A stretch of 64,000 bases of DNA from Phyllosticta citribraziliensis (Eukaryota): positions 124,001 to 188,000 of the forward strand of contig NW_027117347.1 in NCBI RefSeq assembly GCF_038025025.1. Reading direction: 5' to 3'. Below are positions 12,688-24,627 of this stretch, piece after piece (the stretch's first letter is position 1; the number at the start of each line of letters is the position of its first letter). A program made the position numbers and the translations under genes. A model generated the notes under the pieces. The model was given only the letters and a program-made list of their open reading frames with translations, was not told where the DNA came from and did no database searches.

Positions 12688-15600
12688 ATGCGCGCTTCCC
12701 TTGCCCTGGCCGCCCTCACGGGCGTTGCCTCGGCTGGCATGTCCACCACCGCCTACACCGACTCCAAGACGGAAATCGACTTTCAGCAATTCTCCGACGC
12801 CGACTCTGGCTTCGCCTTTGGTGTGGCTCTCCCCAAGAGCCCCGGCAAGGATTTCATCGGTCAGATTGTCGCCCCTGGAACCGGATGGGGTGGTGTTTCC
12901 TTGACCTCTTCCATGATGGCATCCGTCCTGATTGCCGCGTGGCCCAATGGAGACGACGTCGTTGGCTCCATCCGCAAGACCAACTCCTACGTCAACCCCA
13001 GCGTCGACTCCTCCGGCCCCGCCCTCTACCCCATCGCAAAGGGAACCTTTGTCAATTCCACCCACTATTCTTACACTTTCCTGTGCAAGAACTGCATTAC
13101 GGGTGACACCGACGCGTTCGACGTGAGCACCACCACGGCCGTCCTGGGATGGGCTCTCTCCGACACTGCCCCGAGCACCCCATCCAGCGCGTCGTCCGTC
13201 CTCAAGTACCACTCGACCGGTTTTGGAGAGTTTGGCCTCAAGGTTGCCGACGCCGAGTCTGCCAACTATGCCACTTGGGCAAAGATGGCTTCCACGACGA
13301 CCGCCACGACTGGCGGCAACGGCACCACCACCAACGGCACCACTTCCTCGACTCCGGTCAGCACGCCCCTCCCCTCGCCCATCACCCTCAACACCACCTA
13401 CGATTACATCGTTGTGGGTGCTGGTGATGCTGGTATTGTCGTTGCCGAGCGCCTTGCCGAGTCGTCCGCCTCCGTCCTCCTGATTGAGCGTGGTGGCAAG
13501 TCCATGGCTTCCACCGGCGGCTCCGACAAGCTGTCGTGGAACAGCAGCCTGACTCCTTACGACGTTCCCGCCTACGGATATGCCGTCGAGGACACGGCCG
13601 ACACCAGCTACTGCACCGACACGGCCTCGACTGCTGGCTGCATTCTCGGTGGCTCGACCATGATCAACGCCGAAATGTTTGTCCCTCCCCAGGAGGCCGA
13701 CTTTGAAAACTGGCCCCAAGGCTGGCAATGGTCCGACATCCAGGAATCTGCCACGTCCTTCTACGAGCGCAACCCCGGATCCACCAAGCCGTCTGCCGAT
13801 GGCAAGCGCTACTTCCAGGGCACCTTTTCCATCATCTCCAGCCTCCTCAAGGGCAACGGATGGGCCGAGGTCGACGCCATTGAGCAGCCCAACAAGAAGC
13901 ACATGGTCTACTCGCACCCCCCAATGAACATTGTCAACTCCACCCGTGCCGGTCCCGTCCTGACCTACCTCCCCCTGGCTGAGCAGTACAAGAACTTCAA
14001 GCTCCAGCTCAACACCAAGGTCCTCCGCGTCGTCCGCTCCGGCTCGTCCGTCTCTGGCGTCGAGATTCAGCTCAGCTCCGGCCAGACCGAGATTGTTCCT
14101 CTGAGCAAGAACGGCAAGGTCATCCTCGCTGGTGGTGCCCTCTCCACCCCCCGTCTCCTGATCAACTCTGGTATCGGTCCCCAAGACCAGATTGAGATTG
14201 TCAACAAGGGAACTTCGGGCATCTCCGTCAACACCTCGGACATTATCGAGCTCCCCGTCGGCAAGTCCCTCAAGGACCACCCCATCTTCACCATCACCGT
14301 CGACGTTGCCAGCAGCAACATTACCGTGTTTGACGCCACCGCTCCCTCCACCGACTACATCTCCATGTACGCCCAGGGTGCGGGTCCTCTCGCCGAGGGC
14401 ATGCAGCGTCTCAACTTTTGGTCCAGCGTAGAAGGCTCCGACGGCGTCACTCGCTTCATCCAGGGAACCGTCGCCACGGCCAGCGCTTCCTCCATCAAGA
14501 TCAAGGTCTACCTGACCCACGGTGCCACCTCTGAAGGTGTTCTTGGCATGTCTGCTGACGGCTCCACCACCTTCATCACCAAGCCGTGGCTCACGACCGA
14601 GGCCGACAAGGCCGCCATCACCACCTTCCTGACCGAGTTCATCGCCTACATCAACAAGTCGGGCTCCCTCACCATCGACTCGACCACGGGCGGCAACGTC
14701 ACGGCTGCGGACCTCATCTCCAACTACGTCACCGGCGACCACTTTGTCGGCACCGCCAAGATGGGCACCGATGACGGCCGCGAGAATGGCACTGCCGTTG
14801 TCGACACGGACTGCAAGGTGTACGGCACTGACAACCTTTACGTTGTTGATGCTTCGATTCACCCCGACCTGCCCACTGGTAACTCCCAGGCCATCATTGC
14901 TGTTATTGCTGAGCACGCGGCCAAGGTCATTAGCGGCGCCACGGGTGGTTTCTCTGGAACGGTCTCGGGCTCTTCGGGTTCCTCTACTTCTGGCTCTTAT
15001 GCTTCCAGCTCGGCCTCAGGTTCTTACTCTTCGGGCTCTGTTTCGTCTGGATCTTCTGGATCTGCTTCTGGATCTGCCGGCTCCAGCAACTCTGGCTCCG
15101 GATCGGACTCCTCGAGCGGGTCGTCGGTTGCCGCCGTTGGTGGTGGTATCTACACTGAGCTCGTCACTTCGACCATCGAGGGCCAAACCACCGTGTACAC
15201 CACCGTCCAGGGCTCAGCTACTGGCATTTCCAGCCAGGTCGCTGGCGGTCAGGCTGCTCCCAACGCCAGCAGCCCCGCTGGCACCCCCGCTGGCACCCCC
15301 GCTGGCATGTACACCCAGGTCGTGACTTCAACCATCAACGGCCAGACCACCGTCTACACCGCCATTCAGAGCGCTGCTACTGGCATCTCCAGCCAGATTG
15401 CCGGCGGCCAAGCAGCTCCCGACGCCAGCAGCCCCGCTCAGTCGACTCCTGTTGCTGCCGGCTCGAGCCCCATTGGCAGCGCCGCCCAGTCTGCCGTCAC
15501 CTCGGTCGTCTCCCAAGTCGTCTCTGCGTCTGAAATCGCCGTGACGTCCGTCTACACAATCTCGGCGTCCGCGCCCGCCCAGGGCTCCGGCCAGCAGCAG

Positions 15601-16936
15601 TCTTCTGCCGCAAGCGTCGTCACTTCGGTCTACACTTCCACGGCTCCTGCATCCACCCAGTACTCCACCACCACAATCTACGCCGTCGAGACGGCGGTTG
15701 CGGGGGGCAACGGGGGCAGCGTTGGTGGTTCTGGGCCTTCCGCTTCTGTTTCTGGCGATGCCTCTGGCGGCCAGGGCGTGGAATCGGGATCTCCGGCGCT
15801 TGCATCAGGCCAGGGACAGCAGCAGGCCACATCAGTCGTGACGCAGGTCCAGAGCGCCACTGAGACTGTTTTGAGCTCGGTCGTTACTGTTTCTGCTGCC
15901 GCTGGTGGCCAGGGTGAGGGTCAAGGTCAGGGCCAGGCTGGAAATGGCGGTGTTTCTGTCATCACTTCCGTCTGGACTTCGACTATCCCCGGGTCGACTG
16001 GCTACGTTACCAAGACTGTTTTCTCTGGTTCTCAGCAGACTGGCGCCGTTGGCGGTTCGGGATCGTCTTCCGGCCAGGCTTCTGGTGCTTCGTCCGGCCA
16101 GGGATCTTTCGGCCAGGGCTCTGGCGCTGCTTCCCCCGTCATTGCTTCTGTCAACGGCAACAAGGTGCGTGCATCCAACCTCAAACATACCTCATTGCTA
16201 ACTCCTCCAGCCCATGACGTCCATCTTCACCGTCATCGCCACGCCCCAGACGACCGTCTCAACCGTCTACGTCACCCAATCCGCTGCCGCTCAAGGTAGC
16301 GCCAGCCCCGGTTCTTCTGGCGCCGCGGGCTCTGACTCCGGCAACCAAGTCGAGGTCATCACTCAAATCCTCACCTCGACCCTCCCCGCCAGCACGTCAT
16401 ACTACACGACCATCATCGCGGCGTCGGCCACCATCCCGGCCTACACCACGTCGACCGTGTACGCCACGTCGGTCCGCACCGTGACGTCGTGCGCCGCCTC
16501 CATCACCAACTGCCCCGCGCGCTCGCAGTCCGTCGCCGTCGTCACCGACGTCGTCGCCGTCACCACGACCATCTGCCCCGTCACGGCAGCCCAGACGCCC
16601 GGCGCCGGCACGCCCCTCGGCACCCCGTACGCCACGCCCTACGCCACTCCCTTCAGCACGCTGCAGACGCTCGTCGCGTCCGGCTCGGCCCAGGTCGCGG
16701 CCGTCAGCGGCGTCCCCACGCCCGTTGCTGGCAGCTTCAACCTGCCCGCCAACTGGTCCAGCATCGTGCCGTCGAGCGCGCTCAACGAGACGATTGCCGC
16801 CACGCCGACGCCCATCGAGGGTGTTGAGACGCCCGAGGGCCAGCTCCCGGCCGGCTTCACGGTGCGCGACTTGCTCGAGTGGGTCACGTACGTGATTGAG
16901 AGCGTGTGGCAGAAGAAGGGCGGCGCCAAGGCGTGA
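12688..16936 (+). CDS. Cellobiose dehydrogenase (AA8 cytochrome + AA3_1 flavin domain) with long Ser/Thr/Gly-rich C-terminal extension
   Basis: Signal peptide; cytochrome domain (DFIGQIVAP, GWGGVSLTSSM, FLCKNC, LKYH); Thr linker; YDYIVVGAG, AGCILGGSTMINAEMF, DHFVGTAKMG, VVDASIHP and PTGN. Intron at 16165-16210. Confidence 0.92.
15145..15438 (+). repeat. Internal coding duplication (~135 bp x2) in the CDH tail
   Basis: GIYTELVTSTIEGQTTVYTTVQGSATGISSQVAGGQAAPNASSPA versus GMYTQVVTSTINGQTTVYTAIQSAATGISSQIAGGQAAPDASSPA, separated by (GTPA)2. Confidence 0.9.
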
Positions 16937-17406
16937 GCCAGCGCAAGCACGACGTGACGATACGATTCCATCGTCTTTGTTTTGATCTTTCCCCCTTTGC
17001 CAAGCATTTGGACAGCGTCGCATTTTCGGAGTGTTGCGGAGGTTTTGCATGAGGGGGTGAGAGGAGTCTTTCCTGTATATAGTTGTTTAACTGAGTTTGT
17101 ACATTGCTCGAATGCTCCCCATGCCTACCTGCGAGTGATGGCTCGTGTGCGCGCTCAGGGCCTTGGGTACGAATGCCTGAGGACGCTGGCGACGGTAATC
17201 CGGGGTGACGCTGCCGCTTGGGCAATCACTGCTTCAACAACACTTTGACCGAGGCGCCTTGCAGGTTTTGGATGAGAATGATGCTGATGTTTGAGAATTG
17301 TCAAGTTGTAGATCCAGGTATATAATCGTGCATCCTGATTGCACACTGCTGCGTCGAGATCTTTTCTGTCAGAACAGACGGCCAAAACTCCAGCCAGCGA
17401 GTGCTG

Positions 17407-18758
17407 TCAAACTCTCTCCCGAAAGACCAACCCAGTCTTGGATATTCTCGCACACACGAGAATCAAACTCCCCAGAAGCATGGTGCTCCCGGCAAATACT
17501 TGCGCGTAGAGATAACTGCCGCCTTTGCTTTCGATCAGCGCGCCCCCGATTGGGCTGCCCGTCAACGAGGCCACTCCGACGACGGTCAGACCCATTCCAA
17601 TCCTCACTCCAGCCTTCTTCATGTCGCTGTTGAGGCTTGCGAGAGCGGCTTGCAGCAGAGACTGCGTGCCGCCTCCGAAGAAGCCGTAAAAGGCGACCAG
17701 TATCCACATGCCTGAAGGTGTAGTCGTGGCGATCCAAGAAAAGAGACAGACGCCTGCAGAGAAGATGACGAAGATGAGGCTGTTGACTGGACCAAACCAG
17801 CGGTCGGAAAGCACTGCAGGGACAAGACGTCCGGGCACACCGATGCCGTTGACAAGTAGAATGAGGTCGAAAGAGGCATTGTCTGAAAACCCAAGCATGT
17901 CTCGAGCGTACGCGCGAACCTGTACTTGTCAGCAGGTCGACTTTTGTCACTTGAAGAACTTACGTAGTAGTATGCAATCCAGATACCCCAAAAGGCAAAG
18001 AACATGGACACGCAGTATAGAAGATATGGCATCTCCTTGAACGCAGTCCACTCAATCAGAGGACCAACCTCACGCGGCGGAAGTCGAGTGCGACCGAGAG
18101 ACAGAATGATGGTCGCGTTGAACAGAATGACAAACCCCATGACCCTCATCGTCCAAGGAAAGCCGATTCGGTGGAGCAGTGTCTGCGCAATCGCCGGAAA
18201 CACCATGCCACCTGTCCCTCCACCACATGCGACCGACGAGATGGCCAACGCACGCTTGCGCGAAAAGTAAGTCGCAGTATTGGCAATCGCCGGGCAAAAG
18301 ACCATTCCCATGCCGATGCCCTGACAGATTCCTTGTGCCAGAATCAATTGCCAGTACTCGGTGCAAAGGCTCGTCATAAAGGCACCAAGGACCTGCAGCA
18401 GCAGACCTATCGCCAGGACAGTACGGAAATACCCAGCGTCGAGCGCGCGACCAGAGAGCGTCCCGAGGAAATAGCAGAGAAAGACTTGGAGAGAGCCAAT
18501 CCAGGAAATATTCGAGGGTGGGAGGTTCAACGCGCTGGCGTAGTAGGCTTGGAAGATGCCGAAACTGTTGATGCAGCCGAATGAGTTGAACACGCAGAGG
18601 TGTCCTGCAAGCACCTGCAGCCAGGCTCGTTTGCCGCCATCGGGGGGTTCTCCAGGCTCAAGCGGCGCCTGTCGCTCACTGCCATCTTGCGCATTTGAGT
18701 TCGACGTTCCCTCGCGCGCTTTGGTTGTACCGTGCTCTTTTTCGCCTCCATGCGACAT
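17407..18758 (-). CDS. MFS monocarboxylate transporter (MCH-like)
   Basis: PPDGGKRAWLQV, NSFGIFQAYY, ISWIGSLQ, LAQGICQGIGMG and YFSRKRALAI. One intron (~17920-17963). Confidence 0.92.
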
Positions 18759-20422
18759 GTCCTGCCCGCGAAAACAAAGATCCGTCGTGTCACGCGATGC
18801 AACCAACAGGACTGACTTGACTGTGGACCAAATGTCTTCAGGGCAGTCGTAAGATGGGCAGCGCAGACTTGCAGACTGATGAAGCGATGAGGAATTTGTA
18901 ACGCCGAATGTCGTCCGGTCGCTTGACACACCCAAAACTGCGCGAAACACCTGGTCGCACTGATCTCGTGGCTCAAATCAGAAACAAGTGATTTGTGGAT
19001 GGAGGGAACCCCGGCTCAGGGGACAAGTTCGAAGCCCGAGGATTTTTTCGCCGCTCAGCGCCCGCGCCACCGCCCGATGTCGTGATCAGCTGGAATGGAG
19101 GCCGCGTCAAACCGCGACGGTCGCTTCTGCGCGTCTGCTCAACCGGAGAGGGAAGGTCGATAGCCAATGCGCATGGCATCCCGAGGTTTCATTCAGCTAT
19201 CATGTTGAGTGAGTCGTTGGTTTCGTCGTTTCGGCGTCGCGCAACGGAGCTTGTGGTCCGCTGGGCAGTCTCTCGACGGCGCTGCAGAGCGAGCCAGGGA
19301 TCCGCGTGGACGCGTCAGGATGAGGGTCGGCACTCAGGTTGGCTGTCAGCATCTCGATGGGGACTGCAGTGTGCTGTGAGTGTCGGGTGGGTGGTGTTTG
19401 GGGATGACGTCGCGTGTCAACATCACTGCTTGCTGACTAACGATCCCGCCTGCCGCTTTCCCGATTAGCCGAGCGCTGAAGAAATCACCACCTCACCACG
19501 CCTCAACTCTCACTCCCAACTTTCATCCCAAACCTGCTGTGTGCCTTGCTTCCTCCTGTCGATGCCGGTGTTGAGAGACGAAGCCCAGAGAAAAGTTCGC
19601 TGAGCCACCGATGTGGCGGAAGTTGACCGTGCGAGGCTTGGTGACCCTAATACTGATGACTGATAGGGAGCATTCAAGCATTGCGCTTGGAGGGCTGCAT
19701 GCTGCACTCACTGCATAATACCCCACAAGAGGACAAGAATCTGATTCCCAGGAGACTGGAAACTGTCTTAATTACGCACTCCTACTCGGTATGGCCCGCT
19801 CGACCTGATCCTGCACCAGCCGCCAAGCTCCGCTCCAAGCCGTTCCGTCTGCCATCCACGAGCATAGAAGATTCACACTTCTTGTTGCCAAATCCAAGCT
19901 CTGAAATCATGGCCAGTACATAGGTCATGCTCCTTTGTCCCCGAGTGTATTTCGACATCCTTAGATGCCCCACCGTAACTTCTTGACTGCATGCGCAGCC
20001 TCAGACGCTTGATGGTTACTAATCAAGTCCACGCTTTTCCCACAGTGGCATCGTGAAGCCAATTGGAGGAAAGCCATAGTAAGTGGTGAGACTGCCAGGA
20101 TTCCTGCATTGTTCCCGCCTAGCGCTCCCGAGACGAGACGCGGGGCCCCGCATTTCCTCAGAACCACATCCGCCGCGTCCCTCCCAGTCGGCATAAAAGA
20201 TGGCGTCTCCTCGGTCCGCGGGACAACTCCAGGTCAAAACTCCATCTTCGAATTGCAAGAATGAGATTGTCCGTCATTCTTTGGTACATTGGCGAAATGG
20301 CGCAGTTCCGGTCAACTGCTCAAGATCAGGAGACGGACAAGCAAGACTCAGTCCCTCAGCTCGCTCCAGCTTCTGGCCCTGTCGCAGCAGCAATGGTCAA
20401 TAAGTCATCAACTCGTGGAAAC

Positions 20423-21611
20423 ATGCGAGCATCTCAAGAGCGCCAGTCGCAACGAACTCGACCTTCTCTGCCAGTGGTTCTATTCGGCTACGAGGGTTCC
20501 ACCTTCACCCTCAAAGCCCGCCTTGCTCTGCGTCTCAAACAAATCCCCTACACGTTTGTCCCAGTCCCCGGATTGGCACCTCGTCCCATCTTCCGCAACG
20601 CATTCGCTCTCCCATATCGAAAAGTTCCAGTCCTGGCCATTGGACGAGATATTTACATCGACACGTTTCTCATTCTGGAAATCCTGGAGCATCGTTTCCC
20701 GGCCCCCGACTACCCCACTCTCTATCCTACTGCCGAGGATGGTCGCACAAATAGGGCCTTGACTCGACTGCTGACGGCATACTGGGCAGACCGACCGCTG
20801 TTCCGCGCCTCCGTCGGTCTCATGCCCGCATGGCTATGGCGTTCGCCGTTTGGGAAAGACCGTGGTCAGCTCATTGGCCATCCGCTTGATGCTGAAAAGC
20901 TGGCGCGGAAAATCCCAGAAAACCTGACGGCATTTGACGTACAACTGAACGTGGCTGAAGATTGGCTACGGGATGCAGAGCAAGCGTACAAATTACAGAA
21001 AACTAAAAAACCGTGGCTGCTCAACACACCAAAACCAAGCGCCGTGGACATTGCATTGTGGTATCAGCTAAAATGGGCTCGAGATGTTGCCCGTGGGGAG
21101 AACGCCAACGTCCTGGGATGCGAGCCGGAAGGAGAATCCACAACGGTGCCCATTGACGACGTCTTCAATTCCACAAGATATCCTTGCGTGTGGTCCTGGT
21201 TCGAGCGATTCGAAGTCTACGCCAATGCGCTCCCGAAGCTTGAGAAGAAGGTCGAGGATCCCATCGACACCCTACATGCCATCAAAGAGTGTGAGATGGT
21301 CAATATCAAAGAGTCCCAACTCCAATCAATCGCACCGCAGCTAGAGACTTTCGATTCCATCGGGTTGAAAAAGGGGGCGGAGGTTGTGGTGTCGCCCAAT
21401 GACACTGGGAGAGCAGAGTGAGTGCCTCGTGCGTTCTTCATTCCTCGCTAATATGTGTAGCCCAACAACCGGCACATTGCTCGACATTTCTGCAGAACAA
21501 GTGGTCATTCAGCCTGGGCGTCTGGATGGGAGACTGCCAGACATCCAAGTCCGCCTGCATTTTCCACGAGTCGGATTTGTAATTCGACCTTCCACAACTT
21601 CAAAACTATAG
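20423..21611 (+). CDS. Glutathione S-transferase-like protein
   Basis: VVLFGYEGSTF, YRKVPVLAIGRDIYIDT, PSAVDI, VSPNDTG and VRLHFPRVGF. Intron at 21418-21460. Ends in -SKL. Start codon uncertain. Confidence 0.85.
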
Positions 21612-21784
21612 GCGAGCTGCAAAAGAACGACATGACTATGAGGCTATGCTGTTCCATCGTCGTGCAATTAACAAAAGCAGTAAGCGCTGTCCCAATCGTG
21701 TTCAGCCCCCAACGGCCCCCATCCGTGCGCAAAGGCACAAAACCTGGGTGCGCCCGCTTCGAGACCCCTCATCAATCTGACAAC

Positions 21785-23552
21785 ATGCGTCATCAAACCT
21801 ACGAAGGAATCGAACTCGAGGAGAATTCGAAAACGGCACGTCGCCTTTCGACGGCGTCGTCGGCAATCAAGACATATGCCGGCACCACTCGACGCTTTGT
21901 GGCAAACCTCGGACCAACCACTCGACTCGCATGGAACTCTTCACCAGGCTTCAAAAAGATTGCGACAAATCCCCACGTCCTCCGCCATGTCACTGCATTT
22001 CTGGTCTTGTTGCTCTTTTCCTTCGCGCCCATATTCTTCTACTTCCGATTCGTCTACACCCCCTTCAAGACCATGCCCGTCACTTGTGGTAGCCACGAAG
22101 ACGACGACAGCATTACCGGCATCCAAGGCCTCTTCATGATCGACCGCACCACCGGCGCATTCGAATTCTGGGTTGTCAAGCTCATCGACATTCTTTGGGA
22201 TCTCTTCGTCGGCAGAGGACTACAGTGGCTGGCTGGATGGATTAGCTACGTCGTCTTTTCAAGCGCATTGCTCAGAGCGATTGAGGCCTCACCAATCCCG
22301 TATCGAACCTTTATTAGACTGTCGCTCGGAACCCCGTCAATCGCCTCGATCTGGTCGCTACTGGCAGACTTGTCGCGATACTCGCGAAAGCGCAGTACCT
22401 TGCTCTTCGTCTACGTCGCCCTGGCCTCGGCCTACGTCCTCGCCATGCCCACGCTGTTTGGAGCCATGACTGGGTACATCAACAAGTCAACCTCTTTTAC
22501 AAACCTGCCCGACAGTGGAGGACAGTTTGTGCACACGGATTCTTTGAGTTTGGGATTTTTGGCAGAGGGGTTGGATGGCTTTTCCAACAAGACTTGCGTT
22601 GAAACAACCGACGCTGTGGTTCGCAAGATGAGGGCTCGCCTGTACAATTGTAAGTGGTCGCCAGAGAGGCGTTCAAAGCTAATGTCTCTAGGTCCGGCCA
22701 AAACCTGCAAGGAAAGTCAACAAGCATTCTGTGAAAGGCTTGGATTGCCGCACGATTGCACAGTCACCCATTACAGCGGCTGGTACGACACCCAGCTAAT
22801 AGAAGAATGTCAGTTTGCGGCTCTTATTAATGGTTGAGAAATGATGGCTGCTGACAGATTCAGGTGGCTTTGCCAACGGAAGTTACACCTATACCTATGA
22901 TAGCCGAGAGATCAAGTGTAAGAGTGCTGTTTCATTCGCCACACTGTACTGATGGCTTGCAGGCTCAGAGGAAACGGGTTTCATGCTCGGTGGCCACAAC
23001 TACACTTTCTGGGAAATCTACAATGCCACTACGCACAGCAGATCGCTAAATATGGCCGGAGAACTCTACTGCTACGGGACAACGGCCTACGTATTTCCCG
23101 AAGGCATATCCAAAAGCTCTCAGTGTCTGCCCAACACGGACAATCCCGGATATCAGTGGGGCTTTTCCGCGCTACTGTCCTCGGTCGTGCTCATTGTCCA
23201 GCTCATCTGGGGGTGCACCATGTACATCGTCTGGGTCGAGGCGCAGGTAAACAGCAGACTGCTCCGCAGCGGCTACCGTCTGACCGAGCTTCGCGGCGCC
23301 TTTGCTTTTGCAGCCGCAGCCGAAGCAACAACGGGCATGGAAGCATCAGAACTCAAAGGATCGTCCGTCAAGTCGCTGGAAAAGTTCCTGTTCGACAAAA
23401 AGGCGGCCGTCGAGTATTCGCTCTTTTCAAAAGAACTTCCCTTGTCAGAAATGGAGCCCGTCGCACGACAGAGTGGAAACGATCGGAGCAGCTCCCCTCT
23501 CCCACCACCGCCCGCATACACGCGCTTGGCCGAAAACAGCAACTCCTCCTGA
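21785..23552 (+). CDS. Hypothetical multi-pass membrane protein
   Basis: Several hydrophobic segments, VKLIDILWDLFVGRGLQ, LAMPTLFGAMTGY and CLPNTDNPGYQWGFS, with a Cys-rich loop. About three introns between 22650 and 22962. Confidence 0.75.
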
Positions 23553-24627
23553 AAAGTGGAACGAGTTGATTTCGTCAGTCTGCATCGCATCGATGCGATC
23601 GAGGAATTCGATGCTGTCACTTCACCCGGGCAGGAAGCGGTATAAGATGGGAGCCTCGTCGCGTCCTCATCACCGGTCAGTTGGAATGCGTCTGAAAGGT
23701 CGTCCGAATATCGTCGTCCGGCCGTTTGCTGTTTGGCCCCCAAGTCAGGTCGGCGTGATCGGTCCATCGAATAATCATGTCCATCGAATAATGATGTACC
23801 GTCGTTGACAGGTCGTTCAGGCCTCAGCTTGAGAACAAATTCTTCAGGCTGACCAGGAATTAGCAAAAGCTGGTTTATCATCGATGCCAAGCTCGCGCTG
23901 ACCTCACTCTCTTTTACGCCCTGTCTTTACGGTGGCTTTGCGTGCGGATTCAGACCGAAGGACAGATCGTTGGAGGTGGGTCATTGGTACATGCGCGGCG
24001 CGGATGGTCATATGGGGTGTGTGGAGACACGAGTGCAGCGAGGCAGCTTCATCCAGCGAAATATCGCCCCGACGTATCCAACGACGTATAACGACGTCCA
24101 ACGACGTACAACACATGACTCGGCAGAGTTGCCTCTGAACATGACGATGCTGTTCCTTGCGCCACTCCCGCCGCGATCAGAGGTGCAAAGTTGCCCGAAG
24201 CGGCAAGGCTGACACGGAGCTTGAGCAACACCATGACGTCACGCACGCGCCCGACCCGCCCGGTTGCGTACCGCACCCCAATCCCGCATTGCTACACCAC
24301 GCCTTATCTCCAGTATGAAATCACTACACCCACAATTGGTCCGACTCGCTGCCATCGACAGCCCACTTCCCCTCACCGGAACTTTTGCCTTCTCCGCCCT
24401 CGTGGAGTTGGCTTCCCGTCGCGTCGGAGCCGACGCTTTGCCGCGCTGCAACCCTGGAAAAATTGTCAGACTTGATATCATCGCACTCCATCAGGGTCTT
24501 CCTTACGCTGTGGATATGTGGACCCCGGCTGCCTCCCACATTCTCCCCTTGGGGTATAAGATGGGGGTGTCCGCGTCGACTTGCATTCACTACAACTCGA
24601 ATCAACTGCCTGATCGTATCCATCATC

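Noticed and set aside
12676..14916. 746-aa antisense ORF over CDH
   Set aside because: Shadow ORF caused by strong C-ending codon bias of the sense gene; no recognisable motifs.
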